Source of the DNA: Trichosphaerium sp. ATCC 40318
Taxonomy: Eukaryota > Protista > Tubulinea
Reading direction: 5' to 3'
DNA length: 64,000 bases
Assembly: GCA_038496445.1 (NCBI GenBank)
Contig: JALMLS010000215.1
Coordinates: 186,001 to 250,000 of the forward strand
The position numbers and the translations under genes are program-made. The notes under the pieces were generated by a model. The model was not told the DNA's origin. It searched no databases and worked only from the letters and a program-made list of their open reading frames with translations. Below, in pieces: positions 49,741-60,873 of this stretch. Each line of letters opens with the position of its first letter. Positions within the stretch are counted from its first letter, which is position 1.

Positions 49741-52700
49741 ATGGGCGACAACTGGCCAACAGACGATAAAGCTAAAATCGTTGTTGATGACAATTATCGT
49801 TTAGTTACTATTATACAAGCGCTTTATCACCTTGAGGAGTTTAGAGAGTTCTTTTTAACTCATACTGCCTCTAACAAGCTCAACAACAAACAATTAAGCT
49901 ATCACTTAAGGGTAACTGTTTAAAAATACTCAATTACGCCGTAACAATGACCATAGATCATATTCGAAGAGTTAGAGGATGATACAAACCAAGATCAAAT
50001 TATTACAGCTGATGAGGCCGTTAAAACATTTAAGAGCCTAGCTACACCCAAGGTACGTCAATTTCAAAGCGTCAAATTCAATTTAAACAAAAACCAACCG
50101 CTACATAGACAACAACAACACTACGCCACTTTACAGAAGTTCTCTTCATAATAACACAGGAAATCTACGCTGTTGATAAAAACGCTGCAGCAATAGCTGA
50201 AGTAATTTTTAACATTCCAGAACAAGTGCGTGCGCTATTTAACCATGCATAGCAACGCGACAGCGTATGTCTAACCATTTTTTGACGTTCTTAGGACAAG
50301 TCCAAAAAAGATCAAAAAAAAAGTTATTATTCCCACAAGAAGGTGTTGTCTTCACTCAGGAAAAACGAAAAGGATTGTGTTGGGAAGGCTCTTGCTTTGT
50401 TTTTTGAAATAGCCGAAGGAAATAATTTACAACCTCCAATTGTAACAGGTTGTATTGGTTGGCCTCCTGCTCCAAAAGTCTTCACAAAGCAGCATCATTT
50501 AGGTACGTCAGTTTTTTTTGGGTCAAAAGAGTTACGGGTAACAGAGTGAAAATCCGCTTTTTTTTCCCCAACAGAAAGACCTCACGATTTCGGTTTTTAA
50601 ATCAGTATTTTCAAGGAGTGGTAAAAAACCCATAGAATTTGAAAGCACAAAACTGTAATTACAGTCTTGAATCTACTGCTTTTTTTTTCTTCTTTTTTTC
50701 TTCTTTTTTTTTTTGGGTTACTAACAGCTTTTTTAATATAGATCTTATCAACAGCTTAAACAAGAATGTAACCTATCTCTTCGATGCCACAGATAAATAC
50801 ACGCTATTAGGATTAATGTACTTTTGTCCAACCAAAAATTGTCATGGAGTGTACTTGTATGACGCAAAAAAAGGTTGGCAACGTTTTATGAATGGAAAAG
50901 TACACAATGTACGAAGATTAATTTATTTCCATTCTTTTCCTTGTTGTTCTTCTATATCACATGCTTGAGACAACAAACTCTTTTTTCGAATTAACTTTGA
51001 CTTTTTCATCTCACATGGTTTTTTTTTTAGTTGGGACGGTTTTGGTTTAAAGTTGGCTATGATATGCACGTAGAGGGTTTCTATCCGAATATAGTCTATT
51101 ATGCGGATATGGAGTCACCTGCAGCATATAAACAACATTATACAGACGAACTACCAATAGACACGGACCATTTGAAGAATAACAAGTACATTATTTTGGA
51201 TACTTCAGAATTGAAAAAACCAAAAAGTGATAAGAAGAATGGAGATAAGAAGAAAGTAAAACCAAAGGACCCCAAGAACACAGGAAATAAAAAAGCCCCT
51301 GCAACCAATAATGGTGGTAATCCTCCTGTTAATCCTGCTGGCAATCCAGGTGGCAATCCAGGTGGCAATCCAGGTGGTAATCCAGGTGGCAATCCAGGTG
51401 GCAATCCAGGTGGCAATCCAGCTGGTAATCCAGGTGTTAATCCAGCTGGTAATCCAGGTGTTAATCCAGCTGGTAATCCAGGTGGCAATCCAGGTGGCAA
51501 TCCAGGTGGCAATCCGGGTAAATCCAGGTGGTCAATTGCAGTATTATGATGATGATATAGTGATGGGTGATTCTGATGACGATTCAAAAGCTAAAGCTGT
51601 TAACCAGCAACCTCTTCCTGTTGGTCCTGTGCAAAACCCTCCTCTTCCTTACAACGATAGTGTAGAAATGATTGATGTCGAAGAATTAGAAGCAAAAGCT
51701 AAAGCAAAAGCAGCAGCAGCTAAGGCAAGAGCAGAAGCAGCAGCTAAGGTGAGAGCAATAGCAGCAGCTAAGGCAAAAGCAGAAGCGGAAGCCAAAGCAA
51801 AAGCAGAAGCAGAAGCTAAAGCAAAAGCAGCAGCAGCTAACCCAAAAGCGGATACTAAGCCTCCTAAGAAATCTCGTCGTATGTGAAAAAAATTAAATTT
51901 ATGAAAAAATACTTTGACATCAACCTAACTTTCTTAAGCTTGGGGATGGAATTTTTTACAATATATAACGTCAAAATTATATAATACTTCTGAGACAAAG
52001 CTTGAGAAGGTAGGCGAAAAAAGAGGTAAGAAAGTTTTGTACAGGTCATATATTAAGATATCAATTTCAACTTGACTTAACTGTTTTCTTATTTGCTTTC
52101 TTTTTTTCACTTAAGAACAACACCTCATGTTTCACGTGTACTAATGCTATCACTATTAGACAGGGTTCCAGCTGCGCAACCTGCTACTTTCCGAGTAATA
52201 GCGGATCCTAAGGGCCCGCCAACTAAAAAACGAGTTATTAGCTTTCAACCATCGGTTGCTAAAGCAACAGCCCAATTTAAATATGCCCCTCCACCTGTTC
52301 TAAAACAACCTCTTCTAAAACCTGTACCACCACCGGTTGTTCATACATTTCCTTCTCCTTTCAAAAAGAACGCTGACAAGGAGATAAAACCTTATAAACC
52401 ATATCAATTACCACCATACGATAGTTCAGCAGCAGATGCGGAACTAGCAAAGCCAGTTGAGGTTCCTGAAAATCATAACCCAATTTTGGGAAACCAGTTG
52501 CACGAAATTGTGGGCTCATTAAACAGTACGTCAAGTCAAGGCGTTTAAACACGTCTGGTGTTTGGACTTTTTTTTGTTCACTTTTTATTCTAACTCTGTT
52601 TGCAACTTTAGGAACGCACACAATTAAACCGTATGCTATCACGATAGGTGAACCACCGTCACCCGAGAAGGAAGTAGAGAAGTTCGATCCTCCTCCTCGT

Positions 52701-53545
52701 TTCACTCCAAAGAGGACACATCGTCACTTTAAGCTTGCTGTAGAGCCAGTCCCTGATCCGTACGTTAAAAGTTTTGTGAATGATTTATTGAATTCTTTGT
52801 TAGTGGTGCATCCGTTCCAATACATAACCAATCTGTTGCTTCTTGGATGGTATCTCCGTTTACATGGTTTGAGCCGAAGAACGATATAAAAGATGAGCAA
52901 AGCTTCTCCACGATATCCTTCTATGATAAAGCTCCTCTTGCTGAGCCCATACCCAATACTCAAAGTAAGTAGTTGAGTAAAGACAAAATCAAAATCCCAA
53001 CTTTTTCAGCTACGCGCAACGAATTATATTCTAAATGACTCGCTTTAGCTAGTAGAAAGCGAATTAGGCGACCAGGTCCATGGACTGAAGAACCTATAGC
53101 GAAACGACGAAGAATCAACCGCGCCGGTCTAATAGCTACCACAAACACAGTACGTTGCAAACTACTACGCATACACAAGCCTAACAACGTTTCTAGTCTC
53201 ATGCCGTAAATTCTTATGCTAAACCATCTTATGGCAACAGCGATAGCAGCTACGTACCGTACGCCATTCTATTCGAAAATCTAATTGAAAATGTCTCAAA
53301 TTTCGCGTGTTTTTGAATTAACCGTTTACTTGTAGTTTTGAGACGAGTAAAGTTGTTCACCATTTACGTGGAACGAGTTTAGATCGTATGTCTCCTTCAG
53401 CTAAGCCTAACTCGCGAAATTTGAGAAATGTACGTGCTGGTAGTACGCTTATGCAATCAGGACCAAGCTATTTGTCTTCAAGAAGGCGTCATCACAACAA
53501 AACCAAGTTTTTCTTCAAGCCACCTGCTGCTCAAGAATAAATAAA
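49741..53545 (+). CDS. USP53/54-like (peptidase C19 fold) protein lacking the Cys-box cysteine, with low-complexity C-terminal region; 3' extent uncertain (stop at 51886 or spliced onward)
   Basis: DDNYRLVTIIQALYHLEEFREFF sits at the Cys-box position. YTLLGLMYF..CHGVYLY..WQRFMNGKVHN|LGRFWFKV..GFYPNIVYY resembles the USP53/54 His-box region. Confidence 0.6.
51313..51531 (+). repeat. 12-bp coding tandem repeat (P-G/A-G-N / P-G-V-N)n
   Basis: About 17 copies of AATCCAGGTGGC variants. A separate AKAEAEAK repeat lies at about 51690-51840. Confidence 0.95.
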
Positions 53546-53724
53546 AAAAACCCACCTTGTATTTTGACATAGCTGTCTGTGCGTTGAATTTCATTAGCAA
53601 ATGTAGACAATCTCGAGTTTCGCCCATTATTCTTTATCATCCATTTTATTATTTTTTTTTGAGTTAAATCAAGTCACGTGTCACTTTTCAATTTGTAAAA
53701 AACACGTGAATCTGTGTAGTACAT

Positions 53725-54123
53725 TTGGCCGGTGTACACTCAATTGATATAAGTAGTATGAGTGCCTCGTATCATCGTGGGTCTAGGGGACTTTCAGGAG
53801 AAGGTCTCAAGGCACTACAGGAGTACATATGCTCAATTTCGCTGGAAACGAGGTTTACGACCTTCAGACTTGAAGGACTTACAGGTGTCTATGCAATCAA
53901 CTTGGAGCATGACCTTGATGTATCAATCAACAATATTACCGACGTTTTGAAAAGCATACAGGTCATGAGTCACGGTGCAGCAGGAGTACACACTACTAAC
54001 CTCATATTTTGCGGTGAAATAACAGATGAGGGTATCATAGTATTAGCTGGAGTGTTTTCGCATACTGTGCACGTGATATCGAATAAATCACGTGCTTTGG
54101 AGAATCGTAGAATATGGTCATAG
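53725..54123 (+). pseudogene. Degenerate LRR fragment of the GVHT-type family
   Basis: AGVHSIDIS, LTGVYAINL, AGVHTTNLIFCGEITDEGI; no ATG start and no F-box. Confidence 0.65.
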
Positions 54124-54283
54124 TGGACGCTAGCTGAGCAAACACTTGTAGTTACCCTTGACTGAAAATATGGAATGAAGATGGACATTAGAATTATTGT
54201 ACATTATTAAAAATAGTAACAAAACCATGTATTTTTGGCTGTAACTGATTTATTTATGACAATACTTAGGCAGCCAAAGAAGT

Positions 54284-54817
54284 CTATGACGATCCGCGAT
54301 GAATAGTATAAACATCCCAGGGTTTTGGAGTGTTTGTTATTGCTCTTGGTCTGCATCCATTACAACAAGCTTGCTTTGTCATACAATAACAGCTATATCC
54401 AAATCCACCGCTGTAAGACAAAAAGGTGCGTTTTAAAGTATAGACTGTATCGGAACATTGTGAATCTCTTAGAGCGGCAGCAGCACAATCGCTAGCAAAG
54501 TGACGGGCGTTCCAAAGTTCAATACGTCCTCTGATAAGTGAATCTTTCTTGCAATTCCTCCATGTATCTCCAGGGCAATCGTGATGTCTTGGTTTATCTC
54601 TGCCAAGGCATTGGTAACCGAATTGACCGTCGCATGGTTCTCCCAGAGATCTCACAATGTCTTTGCATATCGGATGGATAAGATTGGCATTGTATATACT
54701 TGGTTGTAGACGTCTAGGTAGGACCATGAACCCTGCACATGAACCTCTTTTCTCACAAGAATGTTTACAAACATCAAAATCGTTGTAAATTCTGTGACAA
54801 TCTATGAGAAAATACAA
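54284..54817 (-). CDS. Cys-rich protein or exon (PAN/apple-like extracellular module possible)
   Basis: 177-codon ORF with many Cys, including CAAAALRDSQCS..SCYC..CC..C..WDVY. It has no ATG, and an upstream AG suggests a missing first exon. Confidence 0.5.
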   Translation of the reverse strand: MYFLIDCHRIYNDFDVCKHSCEKRGSCAGFMVLPRRLQPSIYNANLIHPICKDIVRSLGEPCDGQFGYQCLGRDKPRHHDCPGDTWRNCKKDSLIRGRIELWNARHFASDCAAAALRDSQCSDTVYTLKRTFLSYSGGFGYSCYCMTKQACCNGCRPRAITNTPKPWDVYTIHRGSS

Positions 54818-54961
54818 CTAAACGCGGGTATACTTTAGTTCTAATAAGGTTTATTTCAGGGTTTTTTTTTCAAATGTCTGGCTATTTGTGGAGAAATTAT
54901 TTCTTCATGTCCACTTTTGGAACGGTCTTGCTTCTTCTGTTTGCTTTTTTAAAGCTTCAAG

Positions 54962-56552
54962 ATGGCCAGCTACACCGAGATTTTAGGCTTCATAACAGAC
55001 GTACTATTCTCACTATCTATAATGGGTGCTCTCTTTACGACTCTCTCATTGTAAGCCATCAACTTTCCGTTGTAGTTTTATTACTTACAAGCCTATTTAG
55101 TACCCTTTTCGGTAAGATACGAACATATCCAATCAAGGCACTCGAACTGGAAAATAACGAAATCGTCTTCTGATTGTGTTAACCTAGTTAATTATTTACC
55201 TGTGTGTTACCATATTCTGTGGTCAGCTAATGTTTGTGGCAGGGTGGGATTTATTTTTTTACCAACTTTTTTTTTATCACGTGCTTACACGTTTAAGATT
55301 CTCTCATGGTTTAGGAAGCAAGATGTGTGCCGTGATAGGTGCATTGATACATTTTTTCTTTCTAGCGTACGTCCAACTGCTCATTGTAAGTAGAATCTTA
55401 CTTATCGTATGTTTAGTAATTTTTTTTGGTACGTGTGCACAGTTTTCACAAACCTATAACCAGTTTCAAAACATGTTTTTATTTATTGATTAATCATCGC
55501 TGTATTCTTAGGTGCTTCTGTATTGCGTTCAACTTTTACCAAGTGCGAGAACAATAAACCAACGCTTTGAGCGATTAATCAATTATTTAGATGATTGTAA
55601 AGAGGAACAGCCGTACCAGAGAACTCGAAAAGTGGTATGTAATTGAAATATATTGTAGTTGTAAATAACTCTATTTTAAGGTACCACATGATAGGATGGG
55701 GTTCGGCTAGTTGTTCGTCTTTTGGTTGTTAATCGTTTTAGGCATTCCTTTGTTGTTTGTATTGGGCGTTGGCTTGAGTAGATCTTATGGACAGACTCTA
55801 CAAGGAACAGAAGAAGATCCATACAGGGGAGCGTAAGATGCAAAGAAAGAAAACCTCTGACCTGAATCCTTTAGATGCTACCTTAGGACTGGATTGGCCG
55901 TTTTTCTTGGATTTTTCCTTCCTGGACTTATAACAATATCTGCAAATGCGGTACAAGTCTTTTTCTATTGATTGTTCGTTTAATATTTCTCCCAAGGTTT
56001 TGTTCTTCTTTGTCGCATCTGAAATTCATGGTACTCTTTCAAAGGCTCCTGAAACCGAACAAAGAGAAAAAACAAAGGTTACCCCACTTTTTGTTGATTT
56101 TGTTGTATTGTCACGTGATTCTCAACTAACTGAAATAAGGAATTCCGTGTTCTGGTTAGTATATTTGTAACAGTCGGACTTACGTGGGTATTCGGATTCA
56201 TAGGTGCTGTTTTGAGACTTGTTGTAACCACAACGACAATACCAGGAGATATTTTCGACTTTTTGTTTGCAGTTACAACTCCTTTACAGGCACGTGCTTT
56301 TCTAATAATCTACCATTTTGGCTTTATTTTGTACTTGATGGTTTTTTGACATGTGCCGATCAGGGATTCTTTATATTCGTGGCATACTGCATCAATAGGA
56401 AAGTGCGAAACCAGTGGATCAAGTTTTTTGGAAAATGTTTTCCATGTTGTACAGTTGAAGAAAAATCAACGACAAGCTCTGCTACTTTCTCTACCCGTGG
56501 AAATACAACTTCAGCAGATCAAAAATCTAACTACAACTCACAAAGAGTGTAA
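54962..56552 (+). CDS. Family B/cAR-like (7tm_2) GPCR with essentially no ectodomain
   Basis: Spliced reading: MASYTEILGFITDVLFSLSIMGALFTTLSF|TLFGKIRTYPIK|LIIYLC..CAVIGALIHFFFLA|NFFW|CFCIAFNFYQ..YHMIGW|GIP..GLTWVFG..PLQ|GFFIFVAYC. Confidence 0.88.
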
Positions 56553-57254
56553 AACTTCTTGTTATGAATGTAGTCGACATCAAATAAACCAGTGTTAAAT
56601 ACACAGTTCCAACTGTACAACCTTTATTTCCGTTGTGAGGTATCTACAAGACACCTGTATAATCAAGTATATACATATGTGATACTCTCATAGAGTCAGT
56701 TAGTGAACTTTGAAGATAGAGCTGTAAAATTACTCATATTGTTCCGAAAGAACAGGAACCCTAAAAATGATAGTTGTTGATTTTCATTTCGTGGTTACTT
56801 TAGCTGGACCAACAAAAAGATGATCTTGTTAGGAGAGTTGGCGCCCCCCCAGCCATTGGTCTTACGGGTGTACAGTGGGGCACCTTTGTATCATTTTAAT
56901 TTGATACACTGGCACTGGCCATGTTAATGACAGTGCCGGAATGTACATATAGCCAGTGTAGTTGGTGCATATGTAGCCAACACTTGGGTCCTGTACTGTA
57001 CCCTTGGTTGAACTACTGCTCCGTCCCCTCCCTCTTTTTTGGGGCTTCTTTGCAGTGTGTAATTCCTTCCTGATGTATGAAGAAAAGTGAAATATTTATG
57101 TACCATTCATTTCTTGATAAAAAAAAAAAGTGGTACTGAGAAATGTTGATAAAACGCAATTTCCTTCACTCCACTGCGTTGCACTGATGTTTATAAACAC
57201 TTTGTATGCTCGTTTTACATTTATCAAAGGAATTCGATGACTGTTTCATCTAAT

Positions 57255-57570
57255 TCACTGAAATATCCAATCAAATACTTCAAATATGGATAATGCACAT
57301 TTCAATACGCTAACAAATGCTTGTGAAAGCTATTTACAGGCGTGGAAACCTTAGCGGCAAAGTTTTGGTTCAAAAAACGTACAACTAAACGATAAATTCT
57401 TTTTATGGTTGTATGTCGGTATCTTCACTGAAATATCAATACTAAATACTTAAATATGGATAATGCATATTTCCAAATGGCATGAACCCTTGTGCTAGCT
57501 ATTTTCATGTATTGAGAACCATTTCGGCAGTTTTGGTCAACAAAACGTGCAACTAAACGTTTTATATTTT
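57255..57570. repeat. Diverged ~170-bp tandem duplication
   Basis: TTCACTGAAATATC..AATATGGATAATGCA..AAAACGT.CAACTAAACG occurs at about 57255 and 57424. Confidence 0.7.
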
Positions 57571-58092
57571 TTTCCGTGTAACCCACACTGCAAAGTAGCT
57601 AACGCTATACAAACACTATATAGTGTTTGAAGAATGGTGTCAATAACTTTTTAGCTTGTTGCAGGTAATACTCGCAAAGGAAATGGTAATCGAACAAAAA
57701 CCCGAAAAACGTTTGTGAGTATACTCTACCAATACAACTGTCGTATAGGGAGGTTAGGACCCTATAGAGCAGTTGTAAACGGAAATGAGTGATGAGAAAT
57801 CTGTTTATTAGGTTTGACTACACGTTTACAGATTAGGTAACTTCATGTGAACGTGTTCTAGGAAAGAGGTAGTCGTAGGTTCTGCGACACAACAGTACTG
57901 ATCTACCTTTTTGTATGTGTACGCTGTATTTGTGTACTTGATGAAGCTTTGCTGTATTCAACTACTTGGCACGATGTGTTGGTACCTTCAAACTACATCG
58001 AATATAGTAAAAGTTAGGATTCACAGGTTTACCCTTTTCCCAAAACCTCGCCGTGGGTTGTAAAAGTTTGTCACCGAAACTAAAATAGATTA

Positions 58093-59425
58093 CTAGGGAC
58101 GATTTTTGTATGCAGTTCACACCTCTCATATTAATGATTTTGCGTATGTGAAGGTACTCCTAGAATGGCTGGCTCCATTGTTAAGATCTAAGTGTAAAAT
58201 AAATTATTTACTATTTTACGAGTTTTTTTGTGGTTTTTGTTTTGACTTAACTAAAAAAGCACCAACTGAGCTTCAATGCACGCAAACAGATGATTCAAGA
58301 GTTTTGTCACCATATAAGGTGCTTGAAATGCAATTCACGGGTTATTGGCAAAAACAGAGCGTATGCTACCAAAATACGAGGGCGTTTCTATAAAGTACCT
58401 GCAAATGACGTTCATCGCACGGGAAACGCTGAAAACGTTAGTTTTCAGGGTACAGAATGAAAAAAAAGCGAGTTCCCAAAATTAACAATTACACAAGCTT
58501 TGACAAGTGTTTAAATTACAGAAGTGTCACCTAATGCTATTTTTCATGTATTGAGATTAGTTTTAAGCTTGTCGAGCCTTGTGTAATTGATAAATTCCAA
58601 TATTCTGTACTAGTGGACAATAAGCGATTTTTGGAATTAAATACCTCACTTTTCATAGCGATAGTCAATATGTGTGGTATTACACAGTGTAATTTATAGC
58701 AATAGTTGACGGAGTGTAGTGACACAGTTTCAATGAACCTGTTTTTGGTAAATCCTGAAGTATCTCCATTCGAAAACCAAGTTCTGTCTCTAAAACTCCT
58801 ATAGTGGTAAAAAATAACTACATCAACCTTTGTGGCTATCTGATGCAATAAAGTACCCAAGCAAGAGTGAGTTTTTTGACATTTTCATGTAACTAATATG
58901 TTCATCAACTTCTTTGAAAAAGAAACCTCTGTATTTTGATACCAAAATTATCAAATACGCTATAACTGTGCATACGTACACCATGATTTATTGAGCACCT
59001 GCGGCCAAAAGGAAAGATTTGAAAAAGGTTTTTGTGGATTAGAATGATTGTTCAAAAGAACGACCAATTGACAACAATCTGGTCTAGAGACAGGTGACGA
59101 TAGCTTTATGTGGGACACTGAAAGTGATAAAAAATAGATTAAACGAAATAATGTAATCCTTACTCATCATGATGTAAAAGAGTTACCTGCAAAACATGGT
59201 GGTGTTAGAGGATAAGAATATGATCCCAAGCAGAAATAACTCAGTTTTAGTTTCAATGAAATAGTTGATTGAAGCACACTATTAATTACCAGCAAGTTCT
59301 GGTTAATATATATTATAAACACATATGTGTTCTGAAGTATACTCAAAAATTGGACATAAATAACGTTTTTGAGGTGTCCTAGAATTTTTTTGAAAGTGCG
59401 AACTTCTTACAAAAATCGTCCCTAG
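58093..59425. mobile_element. Non-autonomous DNA transposon-like element (~1.33 kb) with terminal inverted repeats
   Basis: CTAGGGACGATTTTTGTA (58093-58110) matches TACAAAAATCGTCCCTAG (59408-59425), extending imperfectly to about 30 bp. No transposase recognised. Confidence 0.65.
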
Positions 59426-60873
59426 GTAACAGATTGCTACCTTTCTTAGCGCTACTCAATATTTTTCTCACGTCTAACATCATTGGAACATTCATACGAT
59501 ATCATGAGATCACAATTTTGTTTACAGCATGTGAACATTGCTACCAAAAGATGTTTCAGGTTACCACATTCAAGTACTTATTACTTTGTTTTGTTACTAC
59601 AGACTGTTAGTATTCATTTGGATAATTGAAAGCACAACGAATGTAGACAAAGACGTTAGTACTCACAGTATGGAAAAACTGTACGTTTTGAGACAAAGAG
59701 CAAAATGTTGTTTTCCTTGTAGCTTATATGCTGGCATTGTCCATCAATGTAGCTAGCTTAATTTTATATTGTAGGTGTAACAGTATACTTATATAATGTG
59801 CTTTCTTACCATACTGTGATATGTGTTTGTCATGGAAATGTATGCACCAGTATATACGCAGAACGTAAATAAAAAAAAGGCAATCCTTCTTTTTTATTTC
59901 ATGTTTCACAACGACTGGAGTTTGTACACCAATAGCTCAGATTTATCCTCGAAGTGTATTCTGATTTGTTTTTGGTATTCTTCATTGTATGTATCCAACC
60001 CCAATTAAGTGAAGCGTCATCTTGTAGACTAAATCTTTCAATACTTTGACTGTATTTTACAAAAGTTTCGAATGTTATTGTCTCTTGTATAGTTATTAAA
60101 CCACCTTTTGAATGTTTCCAAATCAGCTAAGCCTAGACAGACGTAGTTTAGAACACTTGTACGTTAAATTTATCATCACGTGTTCATATCTGATTGTTTT
60201 TTTAAAGTGAGGAGAGTTGTGTACTGAGCGTTGCAACCGAGAGAATTTAAAATGTGATAAAGTGCACATTGAAAGAGTTAGCGAAGGAAATTTTGTTTGT
60301 TTCCCACCGTACTTGAGTAACTGTCAAGCAACGGTGTTACTACTGGTATAGACAAATTCTGCTTCTATGATGATACAAGATGAACTATTTTTCACGGACT
60401 TGGTTATTGTGAGCAAAACTGTACAACGAGTGTCTGTGACGGATTCGTAGTAATGAAGATAGAAGTCAAAAATGAGTTCACGAATCAAGCTAAACTTATC
60501 CCTGATTGGTGCAAACAAGTAATCAACAGAAGAGATTTCAAAGAACCTCTTACTGAAGTTGACATGTGCTACACCGTCAGAGCTAGAACGCCTACCGAAA
60601 CAATAGACAGATATGAAGTTGTTCTACCAGGCGATCCAGCTTACGCATCAACTTGTAGTAGCACTTCCAACTTTCTTATTAGCTGTTTTCCATTTTCAAG
60701 AGTTTCGAGTTTTTCTGTTGTCCTTACGCCGAGTTTTATGTATTTATTTTCGCACGTGAAAGTTCGAACATGTTCTTCACTCGATAAAAAGGTTCTTTCG
60801 TTTTAAGTTGTTCGAGTCAACGCAAATAAACAAACTTCTTAATAGTCCAGTTGAGGCAACTAAACCCTGCTCA

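Noticed and set aside
51313-51531. CRISPR-like array
   Set aside because: Contiguous coding tandem repeat with no spacers, in a eukaryotic context with no cas genes.
51138-51587. Antisense (PPGL)n ORF and the (IQVA)n frame
   Set aside because: These are shadow frames of the stop-free 12-bp repeat.
60330-60806. TGA recoding (Trp/Sec) suggested by in-frame TGAs here and at about 24768, 33055 and 46640
   Set aside because: Intact genes use TGG for Trp and TGA as a stop (module A, LINE ORF1). These cases occur in apparently decayed genes, and no SECIS was recognised.
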